Shown piece by piece: positions 21,725 to 32,654 of a stretch of 61,193 nt of DNA. The notes beneath the pieces were generated by a model. It searched no databases, had not been told where the DNA came from, and was given only the letters and a program-made list of their open reading frames with translations. The stretch lies in contig CALXUO010000011.1 in assembly GCA_944391695.1 (NCBI GenBank), positions 1-61,193 on the forward strand, written 5' to 3'. The stretch's first letter is position 1, and each line of letters begins with the position of its first letter. Source of the DNA: an uncultured Alphaproteobacteria bacterium. Lineage in GTDB: Bacteria; Pseudomonadota; Alphaproteobacteria; RF32; CAG-239. The position numbers and the translations under genes were made by a program.

Positions 21725-24700
21725 CTAAATTTCTTCGTTCAAAAGTTCAACATTCAAGCACAGCGACTTAATTTCCTTGGTCAATACGTTAAATGACTCA
21801 GGAATACCTGCCTCAAATGAATCCTCGCCTCTGACGATTGCTTCATAAACCTTGGTACGGCCGTTAACATCATCAGACTTAACCGTAAGCATCTCCTGCA
21901 AGGTGTAGGCTGCACCATATGCCTGCAAAGCCCAAACCTCCATCTCGCCGAAACGTTGTCCGCCGAATTGCGCCTTACCGCCCAAAGGCTGTTGTGTAAC
22001 CAAAGAGTAAGGACCAACCGAACGAGCATGCATTTTTTCATCGACAATATGATGCAGTTTAATCATATAAATGATACCAACCGTAACTTTACGGTCAAAT
22101 TTTTCACCGGTACGACCATCGTACAAATCAATCTGACCTGATGTCGGAAGACCGGCCATTGACAACATATTATTAATGTCATCACCTGTTGCCCCATCAA
22201 ATACCGGGGTTGCCATCGGGATACCGTTTTTAAGATTTGGTATCATCAAATCCAAATCCTCAGATGACATCGGCTCAATTTCGCGTTTATATTGCTTTTC
22301 ACCATATATCTCTTTTAATTTGGCCCGTAGCTCCTTCTCTTGTTTTTGACCGGCTTTAACCTGCTCCCACAGCTCATTAACCTGCTGTCCGAGCTTTTGT
22401 GCCGCCCAACCCAAGTGAGTCTCCAAAATTTGTCCCACATTCATACGTGACGGAACACCCAACGGGTTCAATACGATATCAACTGGCGTACCGTCTTCCA
22501 TATAAGGCATATCTTGCAGCGGCAATACGCGCGAGATTGTACCTTTGTTACCATGACGTCCGGCAATCTTATCACCTGATTGAATTTTGCGCTTGGTAGC
22601 AATAAAGACTTTAACCATCTTCAAAACACCAGGCAGCAAATCGTCGCCGCGCTGAACTTTCTCAACCTTGTCATCAAAGTGTTTCTGCACTTTTTCAACT
22701 CTGGCATCAAAAGCCGATAACAATTCTTCGACATTGGCCATAACCGTCTCGTCTTTAACCACGATTTTACGCCATTGCGAAGACGGAATATTGTCCAAAT
22801 CTTTTTCAGCAATCGTAGCATTCTTGGCAAGTGTTCCTTTAGGTGCATCAACCACCTTCTGACCAACCAGCATAGATTTCAATCTGGCCTCGACATTGCG
22901 GCGAATAATTGCAATTTCATCATCGCGGTCTTTAGCCAATTGCGAAATTTCTTGCTGTTCAATCGACAAAGCACGTTCGTCTTTCTCAACACCTCTGCGC
23001 GAGAACACATGAACATCAACCACAATACCCTCGATACCAGGCTGAACTCTCAAAGAAGTATCTCGAACATCGGAAGCTTTCTCGCCAAAGATAGCTCTCA
23101 AGAGTTTTTCTTCCGGCGTAACCGGAGATTCGCCTTTTGGCGTAACCTTACCAACCAAGATATCGCCGGCCTTAACCTCCGCACCGATATAAACAATACC
23201 GGCCTCGTCCAAATTGCGCAAAGCATCTTCACCGACGTTTGGAATATCACGGGTAATTTCTTCTTGTCCCAACTTGGTATCACGCGCCATAACCTCAAAT
23301 TCTTCGATATGCAGCGAGGTAAACACATCATCACGCGAAATTCTCTCTGACAACAAGATAGCATCTTCGTAGTTCAATCCGTTCCAGGGCATAAATGCTA
23401 CCAAAACGTTTTTACCCAAAGCCAACTCACCCATATCGGTGCATTGTCCGTCGGCCATAATATCACCGGCCTTAACCTCATCGCCCACCTTAACCAAAGG
23501 AACCTGGTTAATGCAGGTATTTTGGTTCGAACGACGGAATTTCTGCAAGCGATAAATTTCAACACCGGCATTGGCAGCATGCTCATCTTTAGAGCGAACC
23601 ACAATACGGTTAGCATCAACCGCGTCAACAATACCGTCGGCTTTGCACACAACCGTAGCACCAGAATCTTTGGCCACCACGCCTTCCACACCGGTACCGA
23701 CCAGCGGTGCCTCCGAACGCAGCAACGGCACACCTTGGCGTTGCATGTTCGATCCCATTAACGCGCGGTTAGCATCGTCATTTTCCAAAAACGGAATCAA
23801 AGCCGTTGCCACCGAAACCAATTGTTTCGGCGACACATCAATAAAGTCGATTTCCTCAGGTTTAGCATATTCAAAATCACCTGCTTTACGACAAGCAATC
23901 AATTCATTTTCAAAATGCCCGTCATCCTTAACTTTGGCATTCGCCTCGGCGATTCTGTATTTACCTTCCTCGTTGGCCGACAAATAAACCACCTCAGAGG
24001 TAACCACTCCGTTAACCACCCTGCGATACGGACACTCAATAAAGCCATATTTATTAATACGGGCATAGGTCGCCAAAGAGTTAATCAAACCGATGTTTGG
24101 TCCCTCAGGTGTCTCAATCGGGCAAATACGACCATAGTGTGTCGGATGCACGTCGCGCACCTCAAATCCGGCACGATCACGGCTCAAACCGCCAGGTCCC
24201 AATGCCGACAAACGACGCTTATGCGTAATCTCTGACAACGGGTTGTTTTGATCCATAAATTGCGACAATTGCGACGAACCGAAGAATTCTCTGATAACCG
24301 AGGCAATCGGCTTAGCATTGACCAAATCCTGCGGTTTGATATTATTCAAATTCTCCGATGACATTCTCTCCCGAATGGCTCTTTCCATGCGCAAAAGCCC
24401 CATACGATATTGATTTTCCATCAATTCACCGACCGAACGCACACGACGATTGCCCAAGTGGTCAATATCATCAACCTCGCCTTTGCCGTCGCGCAACTCA
24501 ACCATGCGCTTAACAATGCGCAAAATATCATCTTTACGCAAAGTCCCCAAAGTATCAGGAGCCTCCTCAAACGGAATATCCAAAGCCATATTCATCTTAA
24601 CTCGACCAACCGAAGACAAGTCATAGCGGTCTTTGTCAAAGAACAAAGCCTTAAACAAAGCATCAGCAGCCTCATACGTCGGAGGATCGCCCGGTCTCAT

Positions 24701-25900
24701 AACGCGGTAAATATCCAAAAGAGCTTCCTCACGGCAAGAGTTTTTATCAATGGCCAAAGTATTGCGGATATATGGCCCAACATTAACTCCGTCAATAAAC
24801 AAAATTTTAATTTCTTTAATCTTGTTGGCCTCAAACTTATCCAACATCTCAGCCGTAATTTCATCACCAGCCTCGGCCAAAACTTCACCGGTTTTAGCCA
24901 CAACAACGTTATTGGCCAAGAACTTGCCAATAACTTTGTCTTTGGCCAGCTTATAATAAGCCAAACCGTCATCAGCCAATTTTTGAGCACTGCGAGCATT
25001 AAGTTTTTTGCCTGCCTCCCAAACAGTTTTCCCTGTTTCGGCATTAACCAAATCAAAATCAAACTTAACCCCTTTCATGCGAGTAGGCTCAAATTTAACT
25101 TTCCAATCTTTTTTGGCCACCTCAAAGGTATCAACATCATAAAAATAATGCAAAATTTCTTCTTTATCCATACCCTTGATTTCGGCTCTGTCAATATGCT
25201 TGCCTTCTTTTTTGAGCTTAGCGATTTTCTCTTCGGTTTCTTTAGAGTATAAAGAATATAAAACAGAAGTAACCGGCAATTTACGTCTGCGGTCTATACG
25301 AGCATAAACCAAATCTTTGGCATCAAATTCAAAATCAAGCCACGATCCGCGATAAGGAATAATCCTTGCGGCAAACAAATATTTACCAGAGGAAATTGTT
25401 TTTCCTTTGTCATGATCAAAGAACACACCCGGCGATCTGTGCATTTGCGATACGACCACACGCTCTGTTCCGTTGAAAATAAACGTGCCTTTCTCAGTCA
25501 TCAACGGAATATCGCCCATATAAACATCTTGCTCTTTAATATCATGGATGGATTTAGCACCGGTTGCCTCATCTGTATCCCAAACCACCAAACGCAAAGT
25601 AGCCTTGACCGGAGCGGCAAAAGTCATATCTCTTTTGATACACTCATCAACATCATATTTTGGAGCCTCCAGCTCATATTTTACAAACTCCAACTCGCCG
25701 TTACCGGAAAAATCTCTGATTGGGAAAATAGACTTAAATACTTCCTCCAGTCCAAACTCACATTTTTCGGCACCATCTGCCTGAATAAAATTATTATAAG
25801 AACCGGTCTGAACTTCGATTAAACTCGGCATATCGGCAACAGCGTCGATTCGACCGAAGTTTCTTCTTACACGTCTTTTGCTCGTATAAGATTCTTTCAT
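21725..25900 (-). CDS. rpoB: RNA polymerase beta subunit
   Basis: [51 protein letters not shown]. Confidence 0.99.
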   Translation of the reverse strand: MKESYTSKRRVRRNFGRIDAVADMPSLIEVQTGSYNNFIQADGAEKCEFGLEEVFKSIFPIRDFSGNGELEFVKYELEAPKYDVDECIKRDMTFAAPVKATLRLVVWDTDEATGAKSIHDIKEQDVYMGDIPLMTEKGTFIFNGTERVVVSQMHRSPGVFFDHDKGKTISSGKYLFAARIIPYRGSWLDFEFDAKDLVYARIDRRRKLPVTSVLYSLYSKETEEKIAKLKKEGKHIDRAEIKGMDKEEILHYFYDVDTFEVAKKDWKVKFEPTRMKGVKFDFDLVNAETGKTVWEAGKKLNARSAQKLADDGLAYYKLAKDKVIGKFLANNVVVAKTGEVLAEAGDEITAEMLDKFEANKIKEIKILFIDGVNVGPYIRNTLAIDKNSCREEALLDIYRVMRPGDPPTYEAADALFKALFFDKDRYDLSSVGRVKMNMALDIPFEEAPDTLGTLRKDDILRIVKRMVELRDGKGEVDDIDHLGNRRVRSVGELMENQYRMGLLRMERAIRERMSSENLNNIKPQDLVNAKPIASVIREFFGSSQLSQFMDQNNPLSEITHKRRLSALGPGGLSRDRAGFEVRDVHPTHYGRICPIETPEGPNIGLINSLATYARINKYGFIECPYRRVVNGVVTSEVVYLSANEEGKYRIAEANAKVKDDGHFENELIACRKAGDFEYAKPEEIDFIDVSPKQLVSVATALIPFLENDDANRALMGSNMQRQGVPLLRSEAPLVGTGVEGVVAKDSGATVVCKADGIVDAVDANRIVVRSKDEHAANAGVEIYRLQKFRRSNQNTCINQVPLVKVGDEVKAGDIMADGQCTDMGELALGKNVLVAFMPWNGLNYEDAILLSERISRDDVFTSLHIEEFEVMARDTKLGQEEITRDIPNVGEDALRNLDEAGIVYIGAEVKAGDILVGKVTPKGESPVTPEEKLLRAIFGEKASDVRDTSLRVQPGIEGIVVDVHVFSRRGVEKDERALSIEQQEISQLAKDRDDEIAIIRRNVEARLKSMLVGQKVVDAPKGTLAKNATIAEKDLDNIPSSQWRKIVVKDETVMANVEELLSAFDARVEKVQKHFDDKVEKVQRGDDLLPGVLKMVKVFIATKRKIQSGDKIAGRHGNKGTISRVLPLQDMPYMEDGTPVDIVLNPLGVPSRMNVGQILETHLGWAAQKLGQQVNELWEQVKAGQKQEKELRAKLKEIYGEKQYKREIEPMSSEDLDLMIPNLKNGIPMATPVFDGATGDDINNMLSMAGLPTSGQIDLYDGRTGEKFDRKVTVGIIYMIKLHHIVDEKMHARSVGPYSLVTQQPLGGKAQFGGQRFGEMEVWALQAYGAAYTLQEMLTVKSDDVNGRTKVYEAIVRGEDSFEAGIPESFNVLTKEIKSLCLNVELLNEEI

Positions 25901-25904
25901 TTCA

Positions 25905-26130
25905 CAAAAATCCTCTTAGGTTAGATTCTGCGACAATACCGTCAGCCAACAAACTGCACCCCGCCCGCAGAAGGTTAAATACTATTTCAATTTTTAAGAA
26001 CAAAACGCCGCCAAACCACAAGAATCTAGGAGCTCCCCTTGGCGGAATACTCAAAATAATTGCATGCAATTGCCACGATTCGTGACCAAAAATTCGGTGG
26101 ATAATAGACTCTTTTTTTCGATTCTTGCAA
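25905..26130 (-). promoter_or_regulatory. rpoBC promoter and ~190-nt structured leader
   Basis: TTGCAA (26130-26125), 18 bp, TATTAT (26106-26101); stems at 26072-26086, 26008-26045 (followed by a U-rich tract) and 25926-25972. Confidence 0.55.
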
Positions 26131-26183
26131 GCATTTTTTTGTAAAAAAAATATTTTTAAACAACCATGTCCGCAACAACCGAA

Positions 26184-26214
26184 ATGCCGCCTTGTCATTA
26201 AGGCGGCATCTTTT
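26184..26214. terminator. rplQ terminator
   Basis: ATGCCGCCTT / AAGGCGGCAT 10-bp inverted repeat. Confidence 0.75.
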
Positions 26215-26238
26215 AACAAACACTCAAACGAGCAAAAA

Positions 26239-26826
26239 CTATTCAGCCTTTTTGCTTTCTGCCTTTTTGGTCTTTTTAGCGGCAGACTTTTTCTCAACCG
26301 GCTCTTTAGCCTTTTTCTCGGCTGGCTCTTTAGCCTTTTTCTCAGCCGTTTTCTTTTCAGCCTTTTTCTCTTCTTTTTTAGCCTCAGCATTGGCTTCTTT
26401 TTCTGCTGCTTCCAAAGCGGCTTTTTCAGCTGCTACTCTGGCCAAATCTTTAGCACCTTTGGCGTTAACATCGCGATCAACCAACTCAACGATGGCCATC
26501 TCGGCACAATCACCATAACGGAACCCGGCGCGCAAAACACGAGTATAGCCGCCGTTGCGGTTTTTATAACGCTCTGCCAAAGTAGAAAACAACTTGGCAA
26601 CAACTTCCTCATCACGCAAAAAGGCCAATGCCTGACGACGATTGCTAAGCTGTCCTTTTTTGCCCAAGGTAATCATATTATCAACAAAAGTTCTCAATTC
26701 TTTGGCACGCGGCAAAGTAACCTTAATTTGCTCATGTAACAAAACAGCTGCGGTCAAATTAGAATACAAAGCTCTGCGGGCGTTGGTATCCATATTAAGT
26801 TTTCTGTGTTTAACTCCATGTCTCAT
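26239..26826 (-). CDS. rplQ: 50S ribosomal protein L17 with Ala/Glu/Lys-rich C-terminal extension
   Basis: [34 protein letters not shown]; ~75-aa AEK tail. Confidence 0.97.
   Translation of the reverse strand: MRHGVKHRKLNMDTNARRALYSNLTAAVLLHEQIKVTLPRAKELRTFVDNMITLGKKGQLSNRRQALAFLRDEEVVAKLFSTLAERYKNRNGGYTRVLRAGFRYGDCAEMAIVELVDRDVNAKGAKDLARVAAEKAALEAAEKEANAEAKKEEKKAEKKTAEKKAKEPAEKKAKEPVEKKSAAKKTKKAESKKAE
26300..26343. repeat. 24-bp-period direct repeat in the rplQ tail
   Basis: GGCTCTTTAGCCTTTTTCTC at 26300-26319 and 26324-26343 (EKKAKEP twice). Confidence 0.9.
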
Positions 26827-26829
26827 GGC

Positions 26830-26990
26830 ATTTTTCCTTTCTTTACAAATGTTACTGGCCTGACGGGCAGACCGGATAATAACTAAAACCAGGTACTACC
26901 TTCATAAATACCTGCACTTTAACCAGAGTCTTTATCAAAACAGACTCCCAAAGTTGAGCGGACTATAAACAATAAATTATCTAATTGCAA
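26830..26990 (-). promoter_or_regulatory. rplQ promoter and three-hairpin leader
   Basis: TTGCAA (26990-26985), 17 bp, TATAGT (26967-26962); hairpins at 26926-26947, 26890-26914 and 26856-26875. Confidence 0.65.
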
Positions 26991-27004
26991 GCATTTTTTG
27001 CTAT

Positions 27005-27039
27005 AAAAAAGCTGCCACCCAAAGGCCGCAGCTTTTTTT
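27005..27039 (-). terminator. galU terminator
   Basis: AAAAAAGCTGC...GCAGCTTTTTT inverted repeat. Confidence 0.75.
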
Positions 27040-27062
27040 CAAATACCAAAGCGACAAATTGC

Positions 27063-27950
27063 TTATATTTCCATAGTATTAAGCAAATTGGCACAATATG
27101 CTCTCAACTCGGGATCTTCCATTAAACAAAGTTTCAGATTTGACTTCTCCAATTCTTTATTGGTTCCGCAATCAAACCTCATTGCATCGCACAACACTCC
27201 GGTCAATTTCATACCTCTTTGTGCTGCCAACCCCATGGCATCTGCCAGATTAATCTCGCCATTGGTTCCTTTTTCCACTTCCGGCAAGATATCCATAATT
27301 TCATTTGGCAAAATATAAGGCCCCATGCTGGCATAATTAGAAGGCACATCTTCCAAAGCCGGCTTCTCGATTTTACCTTTGGCATGAACCACGCGTCCTT
27401 CTCTCACTGCGCCTGATAAAACTCCGTATCTAACCAGCTGTTCCCTCGGCAATTCCATAATATTTTCCACCATGCCGCCTTCTTTTTCATACACTTCCAA
27501 AAGCTGTGCCAAGATTCCCTTGCCGTGCAAACTAATATACACATCATCAGGCCACATCACCACAAAATCTCTTTTTCCGACAATCTCTTTTGCCATCAAA
27601 ATTGCATGACCATTGCCCAACGGCTTTTGCTGTTCGGCAAACGAAAACTTCATTCCTTGCGGAATAACCTTTTGCAATTCAAGCAAAATATCCAGTTTAT
27701 TTTTCTCTTTCAAGTGATTTTCAAGCCACGGATAAGGCTCAAAATATTTTTCAAACAAATACTTGCAAGATTGATCACTATAGATAAATACAATTTCTTT
27801 AATTCCGATTTCGGCACAAGCATCAACCGCATATTGAATAATCGGCTTGCTGTGTAGTGTCAAAAATCCTTTGTGCAAAACTTTGGTTGCCGGCAGATTT
27901 CTAGTAGATAAACCGGCCACCGGCAAAATACAAACTTCAGGTTTTTTCAT
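27063..27950 (-). CDS. galU: UTP--glucose-1-phosphate uridylyltransferase (divergent GalU-like)
   Basis: PVAGLSTRNLPATK, KPIIQYAVD, QQKPLGNGHAI, IEKP, GEINLADA, RFDCG. Confidence 0.85.
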   Translation of the reverse strand: MKKPEVCILPVAGLSTRNLPATKVLHKGFLTLHSKPIIQYAVDACAEIGIKEIVFIYSDQSCKYLFEKYFEPYPWLENHLKEKNKLDILLELQKVIPQGMKFSFAEQQKPLGNGHAILMAKEIVGKRDFVVMWPDDVYISLHGKGILAQLLEVYEKEGGMVENIMELPREQLVRYGVLSGAVREGRVVHAKGKIEKPALEDVPSNYASMGPYILPNEIMDILPEVEKGTNGEINLADAMGLAAQRGMKLTGVLCDAMRFDCGTNKELEKSNLKLCLMEDPELRAYCANLLNTMEI

Positions 27951-28016
27951 ATCTTATAAACTCCGCATAATTATTATTTATGCTTCATATATAACACACA
28001 AAACCGATTCCTCAAG

Positions 28017-31000
28017 CTAATTTATACGAATATTCCGTCCTTTTTTTATAACATTTTCGCTCGGCATTTCCTCTACGCTTTCTTCAGTCGCCTTTTCTTT
28101 AGAAAAATCAAGCACCTTAACCGCATTTTGGTTTATTTCGTTTTCGGCATTTTTAATATCTTCGATATCTCTTTTTATAGTAACCGTTTGCCCGGTTTTC
28201 TTAATACTGATGGTTCCGGTATTCTCCTCTATCAACTTTTGCTCTTCTTGCCGTTCTTTTTCTTCTTTATATTTTTTCTCTTCTGCTTCTACTATCGACC
28301 CGACATAACTGTAAATAGCCGCGCTGTCTTCATCCAAAATCTTCTTAATTTCATCTGTTTTTTGCAAAAACTCATCCAATTCACGATTATTTTTTTCATA
28401 CTCCTCAACCCCTATTCCGGGATTTATAAACAATCTTTCACTTATAACCTCATCACCAAGATCTACGATTTTGGAGGCTTGAACATCCACACTTTCTTTC
28501 AGCCTTCTAAATTCCTCATCGGTTTCAAGATCATATGAAGTTGTAATTCTTGACAATCTTTCTCTGTATTTATCAATTCCGGCACTTACATTAAATACCG
28601 TCTGCTTAAGTTTATTATAAGTTTCAACAGCCCTATTAAACAAAAACTCATTTTGTTTCTGCAAATCTGCCAAATAAATCTCATCGCTTGTTCTGGCAAT
28701 ATCGACCAACCGCTTAGATATGCTTTGATTGGCATTTTCAAGCTTTTGTATCAGCTCATCATTAATCTCGACACCAGCTGCGCTGTCCATAGTTTCAACC
28801 AGCTCTGCCAAACTTTGTGCTATCTCTTGTTTAAGTAAATTATATTTATTAACATTTTCATTAGCGGTTACTATATTCATTCTGGCATCAACATCTTTTT
28901 CCAATCCCTCTCTGGTGCTGGCCACCAAAGCATCTGCAATTTTGCGTTGCTCTTGAACCAATCCGTCCAGTCTGGCCTTTTCTGCTGCAATTTCCACCTC
29001 CAAAGCTTCCTGTTTAAGTTTCTCTTGCGCCTCGTACATATTAAACAACGAGCTAACATTTACATCTGCCATCGGGCTTTCCATACTGTTCTTAAGCGAA
29101 AAAGAAAACTCCGGCAAATACTTAGGTTCGGCATACTTCACATTAAACACCACATTCATATCCCAATCAGGCAAACTACCGTCGCCGTAAATTGTAACAT
29201 TGACATCGCTGTTTTGCATTGAAGCATCTGCCAAACTGTAGCCGCCATTTTCCAAAATTGCTCTGCCGGCAACTTTATCAAACAAGGTTTTACCCGATGA
29301 CACCTTACTTTTAACTAGCTCTGACAAACCTGAAGAGGTTTCACGTTTAATCAAATCATCATAAACAGCTTTCAAATCAATTCCGCCAACCTCTGTTCCC
29401 ACAGCGCTAAACTCGCCTTTGCCCTTAAAATTGTCTGCAAACGACTGAAAACTGTCTGCTTTTGAGCTAAAATCAAGCTTGGCAGAAAACTTTCCGCCCT
29501 TCAAATTATATACTTTTCCACCGATTGCAAAATCATTAACACTTGCCTCCTTAATACCTAAACTTCCGTTAATTGTCGGCGCCTCATTCATATAAAGAGA
29601 GATTCTGCCCTCAATCGGTGCATTTTTATATAAGCCCGAAAACTCACTAACATTTAACGTACCACTCAAAGCCTCCAATTTAAACTTGGCATCATTAACC
29701 TGATAAGCATTATAGAGCAGTTCTTTCACCTCAAACTCACCTTTTACATCAGCATAGATATACGGCGAATAGTCAATTTTATCCTTGCTCCAAAAAGGTT
29801 TTGCCCAAAAATCAACTTCTTTATCTTGTGTCTGTATATTTATCAGACTTGTTTTTGAGCTTGGCAAAACTTTATCCAAATCCAGTTTATTAATTGACAA
29901 CTGCCCCATAATTATAGGCCTTTCGGCCGCATTATCATAATGAATTTCACCTTCTGCCGTCATATAGCCGACATTAAAAACTAAATTACTAAGCCGCAAA
30001 TCATCTTTATTTCCCAAAACATCGGCATTTAGCTTAAATACTCCCAAACTTCTAGCCTCTGGCCGATAAGATGCCTTAATATTTTCCAACAAAGTCGAAA
30101 ATTCCGGATGCCTAATCTCTAAATTTCCGTCATAATTTATTTTACCGGCTTCATTTGCCACCAGTCCCTGATATGCAGCGTTAAGATTTCCCAATTCAAA
30201 CAGAGTATTAATTCCGAATTTATCCATATCACCGTTAATCGTTCCCGACATATTCAGATTATTAAACCTTTTATAATCCAAATCCGGCACTTTAAGTTCC
30301 AGTTTGTTAATTAACGAAACGACATCATTACTCTTGATATCATATTGCAGATTATCAAGTTTCGGAGTATCGCCAAATCCGCTCAAATTTCCCTTTATTT
30401 CAAGTGCCGTATTAGCCATTTTTTCCGTTTTGGCATAATCGATTTCCATCACGCCATTTAAAACGTTTCCTTTAACATCTACTTTTTCAAACGGCATACT
30501 CTCATAGATAATAAGTCCAGCCTTAGCATCCAAAACCAAATCGACATCATTTAAGATACCAAGTTTTTTAAACCTATAAGCCATTCTCTCGCCCCAGCTT
30601 TTGCTTTTTTCCTCCTCGGGCAACGCGCTAATATAATTATCAAAATTAATTGTATCAGCCTCCATAACCAGCATGATATCTTTTCTTCCGCCCAATATAA
30701 TTCCGGCTTCTCCGGATACCGTACTTTTATCCATGGTTATTTTATAAGGAGATATCTGAATTTTCTCAAGATTACCCGACATCTTCAATGTGGCCAATAT
30801 CTTTTTATAAACCGACGAAGCATTGACCTTAGGCGATAGTTTAAGCCATTCCAGCGTCTGAATAAAATCATTTGACGAAAAAGACAAATCCGTTTGGTAA
30901 TAAAGTTCTTCTTCATAAGGATATACGATTCCTTTAAGTTTAAACTCCGTATTTCCCGGCAGCACAACACTCAAATCATTCAGCGTAATCTGATCTTTTT

Positions 31001-32144
31001 TGATGCTGAAATCAGCCGCCAAATTTTTCAATCCTTGTCCCTGATAAGAAGACCTCACGGATTTTATCTCGGCATCCAAATCCACCGGATACTGCGGATC
31101 AAAAGGCTCTGTTCTGTATTTTTCAATCATATCTTTAGCGAAATCAATCGCTGGCGTCAAATCCAAATCCGAAAAATTAAAACTGGTCTTTATTTCTGTT
31201 TTTCCAGCTTTTGTCCATGGCATCTCAAGGACACCCGACCCCTGTGTATCACCGTATTTCACCACAATATTAGACATTCCCAGTTTTTGCTTATTAAGCG
31301 CAATATCAAAACCAAAAGCAGCCGGCTTGTTGTAATTCTGCGACAATTTTATTTCTTCGAAATTAGCATTAACAAAATCGCTCAGCTTCTGCGATTCCAT
31401 AACAACATTACCGTTCAACACCTTATTGACAAGATGAAAACTTCCGTCAAATCTCACATAACTATCAGACAACGGGTGCGTAACCACCAAATTAAGTGTC
31501 GTTGCCAAATTTTCTGAGAGCTTTCCTATTGACAAAGCAAACCCCTCAGGCGAATTTCCTTTCAGATAATTTCCTTCAATTCTAAAAGGGCCGAATATGC
31601 TTTGTGCAAATATTTCCCCGTTAAGATCCGTCAATTTAAATCCGATTCCGGAGGAAGAATCCTCAAAATTAAGCAGGGCATTTTTCAACGAAACGCTGTT
31701 TAAGATCATATTGGTATTTTCCATCATCTGCCGCTGATCCGGGCTTAAATCATTTTGCCAGCTTAGCCCCTCATCACTCCAGTCAATATTAATGACGACA
31801 CCATCTAAAGTCATTTTTTTGACGTGCACTTCTCCTTTAATAAGCGGTATTAGAGCCAATTCGGCCACCACATTTTTTATTTCCAACAATGGTTTTCCCG
31901 CTTTAGCTTCATCATTATAAATTTTGGCATCTGCGGCATTCAGATAAGGCGTCGGCAAAATTTCAAAACTTAGCTTACCGTCAAAACTTATTGTTTTTCC
32001 GGTAGAATTATAAAACTGCCTGGCAATTTTATCCTTATGCTGATTCCAATCAATATTGGTAACATAAACCGCTACCCCGGCCAGTCCGACAAACAGCAAA
32101 GCCACCACCGCCAAAACAATTTTTTTTGTTCTTGTAAGTTTCAT
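28017..32144 (-). CDS. Large AsmA family protein with C-terminal coiled-coil extension
   Basis: N-terminal TM helix, IDWNQHKDKI...TGKTISFDGKL...LPTP AsmA N-terminal pattern, beta-rich body; ATG 32144 preferred. Confidence 0.85.
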   Translation of the reverse strand: MKLTRTKKIVLAVVALLFVGLAGVAVYVTNIDWNQHKDKIARQFYNSTGKTISFDGKLSFEILPTPYLNAADAKIYNDEAKAGKPLLEIKNVVAELALIPLIKGEVHVKKMTLDGVVINIDWSDEGLSWQNDLSPDQRQMMENTNMILNSVSLKNALLNFEDSSSGIGFKLTDLNGEIFAQSIFGPFRIEGNYLKGNSPEGFALSIGKLSENLATTLNLVVTHPLSDSYVRFDGSFHLVNKVLNGNVVMESQKLSDFVNANFEEIKLSQNYNKPAAFGFDIALNKQKLGMSNIVVKYGDTQGSGVLEMPWTKAGKTEIKTSFNFSDLDLTPAIDFAKDMIEKYRTEPFDPQYPVDLDAEIKSVRSSYQGQGLKNLAADFSIKKDQITLNDLSVVLPGNTEFKLKGIVYPYEEELYYQTDLSFSSNDFIQTLEWLKLSPKVNASSVYKKILATLKMSGNLEKIQISPYKITMDKSTVSGEAGIILGGRKDIMLVMEADTINFDNYISALPEEEKSKSWGERMAYRFKKLGILNDVDLVLDAKAGLIIYESMPFEKVDVKGNVLNGVMEIDYAKTEKMANTALEIKGNLSGFGDTPKLDNLQYDIKSNDVVSLINKLELKVPDLDYKRFNNLNMSGTINGDMDKFGINTLFELGNLNAAYQGLVANEAGKINYDGNLEIRHPEFSTLLENIKASYRPEARSLGVFKLNADVLGNKDDLRLSNLVFNVGYMTAEGEIHYDNAAERPIIMGQLSINKLDLDKVLPSSKTSLINIQTQDKEVDFWAKPFWSKDKIDYSPYIYADVKGEFEVKELLYNAYQVNDAKFKLEALSGTLNVSEFSGLYKNAPIEGRISLYMNEAPTINGSLGIKEASVNDFAIGGKVYNLKGGKFSAKLDFSSKADSFQSFADNFKGKGEFSAVGTEVGGIDLKAVYDDLIKRETSSGLSELVKSKVSSGKTLFDKVAGRAILENGGYSLADASMQNSDVNVTIYGDGSLPDWDMNVVFNVKYAEPKYLPEFSFSLKNSMESPMADVNVSSLFNMYEAQEKLKQEALEVEIAAEKARLDGLVQEQRKIADALVASTREGLEKDVDARMNIVTANENVNKYNLLKQEIAQSLAELVETMDSAAGVEINDELIQKLENANQSISKRLVDIARTSDEIYLADLQKQNEFLFNRAVETYNKLKQTVFNVSAGIDKYRERLSRITTSYDLETDEEFRRLKESVDVQASKIVDLGDEVISERLFINPGIGVEEYEKNNRELDEFLQKTDEIKKILDEDSAAIYSYVGSIVEAEEKKYKEEKERQEEQKLIEENTGTISIKKTGQTVTIKRDIEDIKNAENEINQNAVKVLDFSKEKATEESVEEMPSENVIKKGRNIRIN

Positions 32145-32261
32145 ATTCTTAAATCTCCGTCGCATTGCATTAAAGGCAAATAACCTTTGCAATCTTAAGT
32201 TTCTGAGACTATTATAAAGCATAAAATTAAAAAAACACTTAAAATTTACAAGGTTATAGAC

Positions 32262-32651
32262 ATGAATAATGCCACCAAACTTTTTAATTTAGCCTCATCT
32301 GCCGCCGCCAATGCTTATGCTCCCTATTCTCAATTTAAAGTCGGAGCCGCAATCTTAAGCTCATCCGGCAACTTTTATTCCGGCTGCAATGTTGAAAACA
32401 TCTCTTATCCCTTAGGTACTTGTGCCGAAGCCGGAGCAATTGCCGCCATGATAAACGGGGGTGATAATAAAATTGCCGAAATTCTTATTTATGCTGACAG
32501 CAAAGCTTTGATATCTCCGTGCGGAGCTTGCCGCCAACGCGTAGCCGAATTTGCTTCTGCTGATACCAAAATCCACTTAGCTGACAAAAGCGGCATCAAA
32601 AAGACCTTCACGCTGGAAGAACTTTTACCCAACAATTTCAAGGAGTTTTAA
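32262..32651 (+). CDS. cdd: Cytidine deaminase (homotetrameric type)
   Basis: AYAPYSQFKVGAA, GCNVEN, CAE and PCGACRQ zinc motifs. Confidence 0.96.
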   Translation: MNNATKLFNLASSAAANAYAPYSQFKVGAAILSSSGNFYSGCNVENISYPLGTCAEAGAIAAMINGGDNKIAEILIYADSKALISPCGACRQRVAEFASADTKIHLADKSGIKKTFTLEELLPNNFKEF

Positions 32652-32654
32652 GCC

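Noticed and set aside
24190-24290. RpoB rifampicin-resistance region
   Set aside because: [26 protein letters not shown] keeps the sensitive-type Q, D, H and S residues.
25902-26390. 162-aa basic ORF spanning the rplQ tail and rpoB upstream region
   Set aside because: Alternative frame of the low-complexity rplQ tail; it runs through a terminator and the rpoB promoter.
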